Assembly (NCBI RefSeq): GCF_001194135.2
Contig: NC_068985.1
Coordinates: 75,388,537-75,421,367, forward strand
DNA from: Octopus bimaculoides
Taxonomy: Eukaryota
Direction of reading: 5' to 3'
DNA length: 32,831 nucleotides
In this document: positions 1 through 12,300 of the stretch, piece by piece
Position numbering within the stretch: the stretch's first letter is position 1
Layout: every line of letters begins with the position of its first letter
Program-made: the position numbers and the translations under genes
The notes under the pieces: generated by a model
Seen by the model: the letters and a program-made list of their open reading frames with translations, nothing else
The model's database searches: none
What the model was told of the DNA's origin: nothing

Positions 1-1099
1 TATGTATGTATGTATATATATATATATACCGAATGTTTCATAGTTTGTCTATACCTTGCAGACCTAATGGTGAATATGTACAACTACTTTCTTAATGAAC
101 TCAATAGGTGTCTTAAGTTCCTCAGATCACACAATTAAATGCTGTACAAAATCAACACTGGGCACTGAAGCAAACGTACACAAAAATCCATTTCTTTGGC
201 ATTTACGTAACATAATTAACACCCACCAAAGTATATGTAAAGCAAGAGCACACCGACCTGAAGTAAATTATTATGTCTTCTCTGATCTCATCATTTTTCA
301 TCAGTATTACCGCCCTCCTGCTTGCTCGACTAGGAAAGGACCCAGTGTGTTGCCAGTTTCCTACAAAAGCCCTACCACAGTTTCGTCAACTGAATTCCAA
401 GTCAAGTACTGGGTCGATGATATCGATTAATCTCCTTCGCAACAAAATTGTTCACCATGTTGTACCTAATATAAAAAGAGTTACCATTTATAAGTGTTCT
501 ACAATTTTTAGCATTTGAGCATTTAAATCATTTTAAGCATTAATCTAATTTATCGCAAACATTTCTTCCTTCTTAGTCTTCTTTTTAAAATTTGTTTGCT
601 GTGTACTTCATATAATCGATTCCTTAAAATGAATTTGACCTCGGTTTAATTGTCTTGTATCTGTCTTGTTTATTTTATATTCTGTTCGTATTTTTTGCTG
701 TTAATAGCTTCCAAACTCTATTAAGTTTCTTTACTCGCAAAATATGATGTAAAAAATAATCGGAATTATTGAGTTATTATTGAACTGTAAGAGAATTATA
801 ATAACTGTGTGTCAATGGTTTAGTATACAACTAGACTATGAAATATCGAATGCGCAACAAGTCTTACAAATAGATATATCAATGCAATATTCGTGCAGTA
901 ATAAGAAAACCAAGAAAGCTAAAGAGAGAAGAAAAAATTAATTTAACAAAAATATTTATTACACTAGATCATTATCTACCCATCCGATTTACCTGCTAGA
1001 AACAGGATCCACACCAGACCCTTGCTCAAATTATACTCGATCGTCCTTTAGAAATAGTATCATAAATTATATAATTTACTTTCAGATATATTTCCTTCT

Positions 1100-1262
1100 A
1101 CTATAGACACAAGACCTCAAATTTTGGGAGATAGGACTAATATTTATTTTATCGATCCTGAAATGCAAAGTCAACCTCGGTGAGAATTGTACTCTGGATG
1201 TATGTAAAACCTAGAGAAATTCTGCAAAGGGGTTTTGTCCTGCAAGTTAACGATTCTGCCTT
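1100..1262 (-). mobile_element. SINE family 1, diverged copy
   Basis: Reverse complement aligns to the 3761 copy (TATCGATCCTGAAATGCAAAGTCAACCTCGG...TTAACGATTCTGCC). Confidence 0.65.
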
Positions 1263-1801
1263 AGTTCTAGATATATTAAAAGATAGAATGATCATGCTGA
1301 AATGCTTTTGATTGGCCGTTGAGAAACTTGTTTCAGGGTTAATTTAAGAGTTATAAATCGCAAAAATCAAAAACTGAATGAAAGGGATTACATTTTTTTT
1401 CTTTCTTTTTTTCTTCTTTCTTTTAATACGATAAACCTGACGGAAAATGAATAGTGGCTGAAATCTAACGTGATTATTTTTGCGAGCAGAAACTTTGTTG
1501 TCATATTTTTTTAGAATTTCTATAAATATTTTGGAAATAAATTCTCAACATTCACCGATAATTGAATTGTAGAAATATTAAAGGTGTTAAGCGTTCAGAA
1601 TATATAACTCAGTGCAAAATTGTTCTAAGAAGAATAAAACAATTTCGAGCAGGGACTAGATATTCAGTAGGCTATGCGATCAACTTACTACAATGTTTCA
1701 TCTTTAACACTCTAGTTTTTTTTCTGGCATATTGCCTACTATTTTCATTTGTCTATACTTAATTTAACATAGTATTGTACATATTATTATTTCCTCAATA
1801 C

Positions 1802-1996
1802 CAGGCGATGTGGTGGATGAATTGTTAGTTTATCGGATAAAATACGTAGCGGCATTTTGTAAATTCAAACCCTTTGCCTTTCATCTTTTGCGACCGAGAC
1901 AATAAAGTACCTTTCAATTTCTGGAAACGATGTAACCGATTTGCTCCCTCCCCTCAAAATTACTGATTTTGTACTAAAATCAGAAAGAATTATTTG
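1802..1996 (+). mobile_element. SINE family 1, diverged copy
   Basis: AAATTCAAAC..CTTTGCCTTTCATC...AATAAAGTACC...CCCTCCCCTCAAAATT...AGAAAGAATTATT shared with the other copies. Confidence 0.6.
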
Positions 1997-2465
1997 ATTA
2001 ATACTTAATGATTAATTATTTGTTTAAATGTGTAAAATGTATCCCATAAAATATTAATACGTTTGAGTCGATGATCTCAGTAAATAAATAGAAGTAATTA
2101 CCAATTTCTAAGACTAAAATATGATTAGTAAATGGCACAATCCTGCGCAAAACAGCCTTTGTTTAAACGTGATTGCTGCGCAGAACAGCCTTTATTAAAA
2201 CATAATTGCTAAGATCGTAGTTAATAAATAAATGTGAAATTGCTGCATTAAAAGTAACAAATTAGTAGATTAATAATGATGTAAGCGCTCTCAGGATACT
2301 GTAGATAAGAAACTATTTCACATTACTTGCTCTATTAAAGGTTTTAAAGAAAAAGAAATTGAAAGTCACAGCTTTTCTTTTGCTAGCTCTTAATAACATA
2401 GAAAGCTTCATATGGTTAGCAAATAAATTAACGAGTTGATTGAATACAGATCTCTAGCAACCTAT

Positions 2466-2580
2466 TGGTCTAGTGGTTGGACGTTAGGCACGTGATTATA
2501 ATGTCATCGTTTCGATTCTGAGATTGGGCGGTACACATTTCATTTCACGTTGTGCTAGTCTACTAATCTGATGGTGTTGA
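2466..2580 (+). mobile_element. tRNA-derived SINE family 3 head
   Basis: A-box-like TGGTCTAGTGGTT and B-box-like GTTTCGATTCT, then CATTTCATTTCACGTTG. A related fragment lies near 14500-14530 (ATTCCTAGACCGGATGGTGCGTTGTGTTC). It does not fold as a complete tRNA. Confidence 0.5.
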
Positions 2581-3134
2581 CCAACCTAGTACTGATACAG
2601 TCTTCTTCCCTTCTATATGTCGGCTGTTGAGAGGGCCGAGCGAGCGTCTATGCTGGTTTGCGACTATATAGGTACCTAAAATAATTAGCGAAAGCATGTT
2701 GTATGGATCCAAGTCAAAATCGCTTTCTAATATGCTTTGCTTTGGAGGTGTGTATATCACCTACATCTATATAAAACTAAATATCGAAGTAGGTTTCTCT
2801 TTTCTTGCAATGTATATTATGGAAGAAACGGGCGTTTCTTTGAGACTGGTATGATGGTCTGTTATAAGGATATTACAGGTTCACTCTTCGAATGCTCCAC
2901 CAGCTGTTCTACAGATACTGCACGCTATTATATTTAATTGTAGGATTCATTGATACGTTTGACAGTATTAAAATAATAATAACTTTATAGAATCGAAATA
3001 ACGTTTATTCTTTTATTCTTTTAAGTGTTTCATTGAAGAGCGGAAATGAAAGATCACCGCCTCGATATTTTTGTCTCTTAAATGGACCCTAGAATATATT
3101 TTAAATCTGGAACTAATTCAATTTTTTTTTTTAG

Positions 3135-3358
3135 TCAAATCGCTTAGTTACGGTGACGCACACAAACCAACACCGGCTGTGTAGTGGAGAGGCAAATTTA
3201 AACACCAAAACATAGAGGTGCACACGCATGCGACAAGATTCCATACAGTTGCCATCTACCCAAGTCACTCACAAGTTATTGGTGCTGTGCAATGGGACTG
3301 AACCCAAAATCACGAATTACAAAGTGAACTTCTTATAGACATAACCATACTTGTGCCT
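3135..3358 (-). mobile_element. SINE family 2
   Basis: CAAACCAACACCGGCTGT...CAGTTGCCATCTACCCAAGTCACTCACAAG...ATGGGACTGAACCC; related to the reverse complement of 23985-24190. Confidence 0.65.
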
Positions 3359-3625
3359 GTTGAAGAAAATAAGTTCCACTGAATGACTTGTTATAGATTG
3401 TATTATAAACGTACGTGCTTGAAAAGTGCACAGGAATAGATCTGATACATACACACGTAGACAATGATAATCGTTTATCTCCTCAAGTTACGCTAGTCCT
3501 AACAGAAATACATAATCTGCAGACAACAATACTGAGATCAATGAGTACACCGATATGAGAGAATTGGATTTCTCTTATATAGAACAATGTATAGAGAGAT
3601 CCGTTGGAATAAATTATTTACTCAC

Positions 3626-3696
3626 GGCAATGGCACATTCACAAGACAGTAATATGAGTCATCGGTTGGTGAACTCAGAAATCTTGAAAAACGTTG
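3626..3696 (-). other. Candidate 71-nt exon (phase 0/2)
   Basis: Acceptor TTTTTTTGTTCTTTTAG, donor GCC|GTGAGT. Single open frame QRFSRFLSSPTDDSYYCLVNVPL. Confidence 0.3.
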
Positions 3697-3760
3697 CTAA
3701 AAGAACAAAAAAAGTTACAAAGGTCCAATGTCAGAAATGTTGTTAATATTTGAAAGATCG

Positions 3761-3980
3761 GAGGCGGCGAACTGCCAGAAACGTTAGCACGCCGGGTGAA
3801 ATGCATACTGGTATTGTTTGTCTTTACTCTCTGAGTTCAAATTCCCCCGAGGTCGACTTTGACTTTCATCCTTTCGGAGTCGATCAATTAAGTAGCAGTT
3901 GCGTACTGGAGTCGATCTAATCGCGTGGCTCCCTCCCCCAAAATTTTTGGGATTTGTGCCTAGAGTAGAGAAGAATATTT
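3761..3980 (+). mobile_element. SINE family 1 (tRNA-derived), full length, with 16-bp TSD
   Basis: GGCGGCGAACTGCCAGAAACGTTAGCACGCCGG...GTTCAAATTCC (B-box-like)...GTCGATCTAATCG...CCTAGAGTAGAGAAG. TSD AATATTTGAAAG(A/C)TCG at 3745-60 and 3974-89. Confidence 0.85.
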
Positions 3981-4104
3981 GAAAGCTCGATTGACACTGG
4001 CGCCATTTGAATTCAGAAAGTCAATCCACTACAACAAACAATTCACGCAAATTTTTCCGAAGCTCTCATAATACTGGCAATCCATTGTTTCCAAACCAAA
4101 CAAG

Positions 4105-4480
4105 CAATTCTAAAACGAGTGATTTTCTCGAAACCATAGACATCAGTACTTCACTGGTACTTTATTTTATCGATTCCATAAGGATGAGAGACAATGTTGG
4201 CCTTAGCAGGATTTGAAATCAGAACGTAAAGTTACGAAACAAACCCCGCAAGGCATCTTATGCCACGCTCGAGCAGTTCTACTGTACAAATCAGTGTTCC
4301 TAACATAGGCATAAGGTCACTAATTTTTGAGAGGAGGGAATTAGTCGATACCATCGACCGCAGTACTTGACTTTTGACTGGAGCTTGACTTTTTATCCCC
4401 GGGAAAGATTAAAGCCACAGCTGACCCTGATGGGAATTGAATACACAATTTATAAATATAGAAGCATTACCGCAAAGCAA
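4105..4480 (-). mobile_element. Two adjacent SINE family 1 copies (about 4105-4283 and 4294-4480)
   Basis: The first has CAGTACTTCACTGGTACTTTATTTTATCGA and ATTTGAAATCAGAACGTAAAG; the second has TAGTCGATACCATCGACCGCAGTACTTGA. These motifs match the family on the minus strand. Confidence 0.7.
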
Positions 4481-6503
4481 GCGTTTCGGGTCTTTTGTTT
4501 TTGCTTTTATTTTTTGTTTTCATCTGGGTTTTTTTTTATGTTGGAACAATTCTTTAACTAATACCTCATGTAAAGAGAACGTAAAGAGCTACAATGCACT
4601 TTTCCGACAACCTAACGATTCTTCAGATTCATCGTTTCTAATTTAAGCACAATACCAGCTGCGTCAATCCCACCACTTTATTGGTAATTACGTTATCGAC
4701 ACCGGAGGGATAAAAGGCAAAGCTGACATCAGATGAGGACAGAAACACTGGTGATCCTACCGCAGACATCGGCTTGATCCAAATAGATCAGAAACTCAAT
4801 GTATCTCATGAAGTAGAGGTTCTCAAGGATAGAACTTCTCACTATCGTGCAGTTCTGAGCTTTCATGACCAGACTATCAAAGACAAGTGTCAAACTCGTT
4901 GCTTAATCTATAGTGAAAATCTAAACCTCTGTATTAGGTAGAGTTATATGGTGAAAAACTGTAAGTGACATTTCACTGGTTCGAGGCTTTCTTTAAAACT
5001 CTGTCATCTCTGCTCGACTCACAGAACCAGGAATTCTCCATTCCTGCGGGTAGATGAAGTAGTTGAGACAAGATATAAACGCCCAAGTTGTATATACGCA
5101 AACCTCTTAAAGCAGACAATCCAAACATGGTGATTTGTCCTTTCATACATTCCTTTATCGTCATCCATAACATAGTTACTTCTTAACACTTTTCTTGGAT
5201 ACACCACTTTCTCTGACGGTAGTTGGTATTAAATCCACTGCGGTTTCCGACAACCGTTCGTCTCTACAACATATATATTCTTTTCTCATTTTCCCGGGTT
5301 TACATGGGAAGAATACCACAATTAGATGTTAATGTTATAAGTAAAACGATGCTTCCATCCATGCGGTATCAATCGTATTACTTATACCTCTTATGGGACA
5401 CAACATTAGAATAGCCTTGCAATTCTGCGGGATCCTTAAGAATATACATGTTCGTGTTGATTCCTCTGGGACTATTTATCAACTCTATTTACTTGTGTAC
5501 TCATCAATTTCCCAGGTTACTCTACAAATTGACTGACCAAGTTGTCAGTATTAAATGCTAACCTTTGGCTTTCATCCTTGCCTTAACCTACTTTATGTAC
5601 TGTGGCATGTGATATGAGCGAGTATTTTAGGCACAATTTCTACATGTTTCTGACTAGTGGCCTCAGTTTCGAATATTAGAGCGAAAGTTATATGCATTTT
5701 CCTATTCTCTATAGACGAAATATTAACCCAAACTTCTGCAAGAAATAACAGTTTTCTCATTGCTTGCTTCTGAATATGCTCTTCAGGTAAAATTACGGAG
5801 TTCTTATGAACACAATTTTTGCGACATGTCCTTTTCAGGTTATGTTTATTTATGTTTGAATATTTGACTTAGAAAGTAATGGAGGTTAGCTAGGAAAACT
5901 GATTCCACGTGTACCATTCTTGCTTGCTGATGTTCGTGTCCGATGTGAATGTTGACGTTCTTGTCAAGAGAATTCACTGAATTTGCAGGTTAATAAACTA
6001 CGTGTTTATTTTTATTGTTATTCAGCATATATGTTATTTTGTTTATTTATGTATCTATTGGCATTCCAAAATTGTGTAATTTTCTTTTGCTTTTTACTTC
6101 GATGCTCAATTCTTCCCTTGGTGACTGATCCCAATTACGAACAAATTTGAACCAAATTTGCGAATTTGACAAATATTAAATAAAACCATCTGTCTTCTGA
6201 AACAGGCTTAATCAACAAAAATACGCAAAACCATTAATCGATTTACTTGTAAACCAGACGGTGGTAATAGCCAGCTTGGAAGTAGGCGTTTATAGTCATT
6301 GCATGTGGTATTTATATCCAAACAATCTCAAGTTGACCTCTCTCCAAAATAGGAAAGGAAAATCTTTAATGAAATTTCTTTTCTTTTTTTTAACATTAAT
6401 AAAATTGATACACACGTAACATATGCATTACTTTTTAAAACATTGCAGAAACAGTTCTTCATAACTCAATAACGAGAGTGAACAAAAACAAGTCCGCTCA
6501 AAA

Positions 6504-6504
<1 letters not shown>

Positions 6505-6555
<51 letters not shown>
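6505..6555. repeat. (TTA)n microsatellite
   Basis: About 17 perfect TTA units, directly at the 5' junction of the Tx1-like LINE. Confidence 0.95.
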
Positions 6556-7660
6556 GTGGCGGATTAGGTATGCCGTGGCTCCTAATACGCAGACGCGTTC
6601 TTAGGTTACGCTACCTGCAACAAATTTTGGACGGTGAACGTGTGTGAGCCCCGTTTGTGAGGTTCGTCTTTCTGCAGCTCGTCTCTTGGATGGAGCTGCA
6701 GTCTTGGGTGAAGAAAAGACCGAGACTGGGCGCCTGGCACATAGAATGTCGTCATACTCTCAGAGCCTTGTACCAATTGGGCAATATGATATGTGGATGT
6801 ACCGCTTTAGAAATTTATACAGGAAGTGCGATGACGTTCTCGGNNNNNNNNNNNNNNNNNNNNNNNNNNNNNNNNNNNNNNNNNNNNNNNNNNNNNNNNN
6901 NNNNNNNNNNNNNNNNNNNNNNNNNNNNNNNNNNNNNNNNNNNNNNNNNNNNNNNNNNNNNNNNNNNNNNNNNNNNNNNNNNNNNNNNNNNNNNTCTAAC
7001 TTGTGGGGTTATGTCGAACAGATGCTGTCACGGGTGGGACGGATCCGTTTATCGGCCGAGTCTGTAATGATGATTTCCGCGCCGCTCTCCTTCACTCGCC
7101 AAGGCAAGGTAGTTTTCCTTTGCCTGGTGGCTGTGGCAAAAGAGGTTGTTTGGTGGACAAGGCTGAAAGTCATGAGGACAAATATTCTTTTTTTGGTGGT
7201 GCTTTCATTGACTTCAAGCTTCACTTGAAAAGGAAATTTAGGATAGAGAGAGAAGTGCTGCACTTGAGTGAGTTTATTGAAAGGTGGGGGAAAGTTGCGA
7301 AAAGAGCAAGAGTGGAAGCTACTTCTCTTAGTATAGACCTGTAAGCTGGAGGGAATGAATTGAAGAGGACACTTGCTCTTGGTATTCAGGGAAATCTCAG
7401 ACAGTTGGATTTCTCGATTACCCCTAGAGGTCATTCTATATCAGGAGGGCTGCATCTCTATCATCCTCCTTAGCCTTTTTTTCTCTTTAGACCTTTGTTT
7501 ACTATGTATATTATATTTCCTTTTCATTATATACCGTGTATACTTACATATTTTGTTACCTATTTAATTATTTTATCATTTCATTATGTGTAAACCCACA
7601 CAGTTTATATCTGTTTTTGTATGTTCCCCGCATCCTTCGCCCTGGTGATCAATAAATGAA
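6556..7660 (+). mobile_element. 5'-truncated L1/Tx1-like LINE, 3' end of ORF2 plus 3' UTR, defective and spanning an assembly gap
   Basis: Starts at the post-RT motif GGLGMP (6558), continuing WLLIRRRVLRLRYLQQILDGERV*. After the gap: NLWGYVEQML...FLCLVAVAKEVVWWTRLK, like the L1/Tx1 C-terminal K..IW..R region. Frameshift, stop at 7342-44, AATAAA at 7651-56, then (TTA)n. Confidence 0.75.
6844..6994. other. Assembly gap (N run)
   Basis: Ns inside the Tx1-like element. Confidence 1.
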
Positions 7661-7673
7661 ATTATTATTATTA

Positions 7674-8870
7674 TATGAAAACTCACAACATTTTTCTGGG
7701 TATGATGGAAAGCGTTAGCTGTCCAGAGCCAACAGACTAAGGTGGAACTTGTTTACTGGTCATGTTTCAAGAACCCTGCGAAGAATTCTTGCAGTTCCAA
7801 GCAATGCTAATTTTTGTAGGTGTTCTACCTTTATACTTGCACCGATCTTTTTCAACCATGTTCGTAGTTGAGTGTTGATACTTCCAGGTGTACCACTTAC
7901 TATTGGCATCACATCTACTCTCTTCCTTGACCACAACCTCCGTATTTCCCATTTTAAATCGTTATAGTTATTTATTTATGTTTCTTCTTTCACATTGATC
8001 CTTGTTGTCACTGGGGCATGCTATGTCGATTATTATACACGTTCTTTTCTATTCACCACAGAAATGTCTGGTTTCAGATATCTAGTCAGGTGATCACACG
8101 GGGTCATTGCATCCCACAGGATTTTTGCAATTCTCATTTTGGTGTCTCCTTCTGAAATTTTCTGATGCCACGCCTTCGCTCTTTGTAAGCCGTCATTTTC
8201 ACAGAGCTCCCAATGGATCATTCTTGCCACATTGTTATGGCGTATTTTGTATTTGTATTGTGCCAATTTCGGGCATTCACTAACGATGTGCCATACCGTT
8301 TCAGCCCTCTCACCACACATTCTGCATTTATCGCTATCGGTCGTGTGCTTTATTCTGCACTCCATATAATTGGTCCTTAACGTTTGTTCCTGAACTGTGC
8401 ATATGAGTGCTTCTCTCTCACATGTCTTGCAAACTGACCGTATATTTCTTTCCTTCCATGCTTTTTCGTTCTATTTGTTTCATTTCTTGTTTAACATTTT
8501 CTTTAGCTACACAATTTTCAATTTTGGTGACACCACCGTCCTTCTTCATGTGTTTCAACAGTGGCTCCACGGCATTTTTATATCCCACCCTAGGCTGTTT
8601 TCTTCTGCTTCGATATCACCCACGTATTTAACTGCTTGGATATTATTCCATCCAGTCAATTATGAGCGCAACATCAACCTCAGTCTTCGGAAATACTCCA
8701 TCCTCAGTTCCTCTTTCATTTCTTTTTCCATTATCTCGTTGAACTTGAGTACACCAAGGTATTTGCATCTTTCCGTTTCAATTCGTTTAATCAAGTCTCA
8801 ATTTGGTAATCCCTGCTAGGGACTGTATCTTGCTTCTTTTTAGGTAAAATATTCCGCACTTCTTGAGTTC
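7674..8870 (-). mobile_element. 5'-truncated R4/Dong-like (RLE-type) non-LTR retrotransposon, copy B, pseudogenised
   Basis: Late RT region (KCGIFYLKRSK; KYLGVLKFNEIMEKEMK), CCHC finger CRMCGERAETVWHIVSECPKLAQYKYKIRHNNVARMIHWELC, RLE motif KILWD...KPDISVVNRKE / IIDIACP, C-terminus KVEHLQKLALLGTARILRRVLET*, (TAA)n tail at 7661-73. Confidence 0.88.
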
Positions 8871-8912
8871 ATTATTATTATTATTATTATCATCATCATT
8901 ATTATTATTATT

Positions 8913-11100
8913 CCTTCGTAACACAGTGTAGTTACAAATGCACCGGAGTCTTTAGTCATCTGTCAGGTCACAAGGACCGCAGAAAGATAGTACTTTCCTT
9001 AAGATGTGCGCTGTACCCAATAAGGCTGCTTTTTGCAAGACATCAATCTTGCATGGGATTTCCAGTTACCGTTTCAATGGGATTGAGTCCAACGCTCCGA
9101 TCACCACTGGTATCACTTTTATATTACTCTCTCGCATTCCATATAGTCTTGCCATTTCCACTTTCAATTCGGAGTACTTGGTGATTTTTCAACCTCTTTA
9201 CTTACAGCGCTCATGCCATTTGGTATGGCTACATCAATATCCGGCCGACGGTGTTCAATTACACGAGCCGTCTGAAAAGCATAGTCCCAGAGTGTCATTA
9301 CTTTTCCATCCTACTGCATAACATTACGTGGTACATGCTCATGCCAGTTCTCTCTTACTTCATATTGGAATTTATGCAATAAAATCCAGTGAAGATACAC
9401 ACACATACACACGTTATTATGGCGGTGCTTGTATTCTTTTTGTGCAACGCTCTCACATCCACTTACCAAGTGGGTCATATTTTCCACATTCTTTCCACAG
9501 AGTCTGCATTTCTGGGTGTCAGAAGTTTTATATATGTTATACTTCACTGAATTGGTAGCGAAAGCCTAGTCTTGTGCAGCAACAATCAGGCTTTCGATGG
9601 TACACTTCAAATCACCTCGATCAAGCCATGCACGCGGTGCTGTATTATCCTTAACGTCTTGTATATTCCTTTCAAACAGTTCGTGCATTCTCGTTTCAAG
9701 AAAGTCTTCTTTTCTCTTCTCCTCAGCTCTTTGGTTAAACTCTTCCTTGCCTATCATTTCATCTGCATTTACACCCATATCTTTCGCGGCATATTGCATC
9801 AAATACTCGGCACGCGTTCTTCTTTCACTCCTTATAGAATTGTCTATACTAATTAGTCCTCTGCCACCACTCTTTCTTTCCATGTAGAGTCTGTTTATAC
9901 TTGCTTTAGGGTTTAGCGCCCCATGCAGCATCATCAACTTTCTTGTCCTTCTATTCAGTGTTGATATTTCCTCCTTAGTCCATTTGAGGATGGACGCACT
10001 ATATCTGACCACCGCAACTACCTAGTTATTCATTGTGGTAATCAAATTTTTGGCATTCATGTTGGATTTCAACATCATATTCCCCCTTTTTTGATACGCC
10101 TCGCTGATCTTGCCTTTCATTTCTCTGTGTAGAATGTTAACCAGCTCCAAAATCCCTAAATATCTATACTGACTACCATCGGGTTCAGCCATGGTCTCTC
10201 TTGATGGTAACCGCAATCCTTTACAGGTTGCTTTCTTCCCTCTTTTCATATTAAGCACTGAGCATTTGGTAATCGCAAATTCCATGCCGACGTCCCTACC
10301 ACACATCTGGACTGTTTTGGTTAAAAAATCTGTTTTTTCAGATTTCCCAAACAATTTCAGTTAATCTATAAACAGAAGATGATTCGATGATGAGTTTTTC
10401 TTCCCACATCAATAACCCATCTTAACTTCTCTATGTTATGGGTATTAGTGCAATTACAAATAGTAACGGAGAAAATGAGTTACCTTGGAAGATTTCCCTT
10501 TAATACTAACTTCTCAATGGAATACATTACTTGAGTACAATTTGGTTTTCCACTCTCAAGTTATGCATCAGAAAATTTGTGATGTTGTCAGCAACACAAA
10601 CTATTTAACGATCCAAGATTGAGACATCATATCATATGCCTTCTTAATGTCCATCCACGCCATAGATATGTTTGTAGGATGTTTTTATCGATGACCAAGT
10701 TATCCTTGGTAACCTGAGAACCTCTTCCTACATCCTTTTTGTTCCCTTGGTAGTATTTCTTCCTGTACCAGGAAAGTGTATGTCTTTGCCACACATATTC
10801 CAGTGAGTATCTTCCAGATTATGCTTAGGCATGCTATGGGATGGTAGTTTCCCACAATATTTCACTTTCTTCTATCTTTCATTAGAAGTGTTGTCCTCCC
10901 AGTCACCATCCACGCGGGGACTGTACCTTTCTGGACACACCTATTCAACTGGGCTGCTAGCGTTTCATGCACTGCGTGGCATCTCTTCAGCCAGAAGCCA
11001 TGAATCCCATCTGGTCCGGGGACTTTCCATTTAGGCACTCTACCCACTTGCTCTTTCACATCACTCGTGCTTATGACAATGTTCCTTTGTTTCCTTCCTG
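8913..11100 (-). mobile_element. 5'-truncated R4/Dong-like (RLE-type) non-LTR retrotransposon, copy A (RT + CCHC + RLE), pseudogenised
   Basis: KVPGPDGIHGFWLK, TGRTTLLMKD, NYHPIACL, EQKGCRRGS, AWMDIKKAYD, GIFQGNSFSPLLF. Catalytic LFMDD is decayed to LFID*. Also CRLCGKNVENMTHLVSGC...HRHNNV, LWDYAFQTARVIEHRRPDI/DVAIP, LQKAALLGTAHILRKVL and a (TAA)n tail at 8871-8912. Many stops and frameshifts. Confidence 0.92.
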
Positions 11101-11150
11101 TTATTATTATTGTTATTATTATTATTATTATTTTATTATCATTACTATCA
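11101..11150. repeat. (TTA)n microsatellite at the 5' junction of R4/Dong copy A
   Basis: Imperfect TTA run. Confidence 0.9.
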
Positions 11151-12300
11151 TAACTATGCTTCTGTCTAACCTACCTACTCTTCTACCCGAAACAGCTCCC
11201 AATCACCCCCTATCTACCACCAGACCAGTAAAATACCCGACCGATCAAAGAGTCTGTACAACTATTTTCTCCCTAGACTCAGCACTCTTGTCCATTTACA
11301 TGGGGGTAACAACGGCAGCAACAGCTAAACTAATAGACTAAAATTATTCATCCCTCCATGGCTAAAGTAAGTAGCGAAGACAAAATCAGAATCAGCAGTT
11401 CTTAAAATAGTAATGATGACAACAGCAACGCAGCCATCTGTAAGAAGGCAGATACGGCAAGAACAAAACAACTGCAGGCAGTGACAACCACAGAAAAATA
11501 CCAATAGCTGTGATGACACAAGCAGTGCCATTGAGCCTACAGAGGATAAAAAGCTAGACCCAACAACGAAACTGTTAACAACTAAGATAGCAATACCAAC
11601 ATATAACAGTAATGATAATAGTATTAACAATAATAATGATAACAATAGGTATACGTGGTGGTAACGATTGTAGTAGAAATAGTGATAATAAATAAATAAA
11701 TAAAGTAATGATCAATAATGATTAACATGTGACACAGTGCAACTCCTGCGTCGTTTTTAATATCCAGTATGATGAAATAGGAAGTACCCACAATACTCTT
11801 CTGCTACATAACGAAATACAAATATCTCGTGTTAAAATGGCAGCTTGTTACGAAACGTACTTTCCACTTAGAACAATGATAAACAGACAAATTGTGTTCA
11901 TTCAGACCTGAAAATCTAGTCATTGGCTGAGAAATACCCCAAAATAAATTGTTAACCTTTCATTGCAAAGAAAACATGCAATAGTTTACGCTGCCAATGA
12001 TAAAATACAAACTTTCAAAAGGCAACAGGGATTTTAGAAAACTCCTGTATAAACTGTGTTTGATAGCTTTGCTATTTTTAAAATCATATCCAATGAACTA
12101 AGTACTGACATAAATACAAATATTCTTTTAACGCCTTTGAATGGAATATTTTATAAGTAAATTGATAAATACTTTCCAAATGATCAAAGTATAGTGTTAC
12201 GAAATAATGCCTGGATTAGTGATCAGCCTTAGTGTGCAAGGAAGACCAGTGAATTGAGCTGTAGCGGAATATAAGCAGTTTATTGACATCATTTCTGATC

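Noticed and set aside
2466-2535. Possible tRNA gene
   Set aside because: A/B-box-like motifs are present, but there is no acceptor stem or cloverleaf, and it continues into SINE body sequence.
4715-4930. About 75-codon stop-free plus-strand frame (DRNTGDPTADIGLIQIDQKLNVSHEVEVLKDR...)
   Set aside because: No start codon, weak splice acceptor, no recognisable homology, and it begins inside a SINE fragment.
8397-11341. Plus-strand ORFs over the LINE stack
   Set aside because: Antisense shadows of the minus-strand retrotransposon frames.
11150-11720. Possible 5' extension of R4/Dong copy A
   Set aside because: Separated from the RT by a TAA tract, no LINE motifs, largely decayed AAC/AGC/AAT low-complexity sequence.
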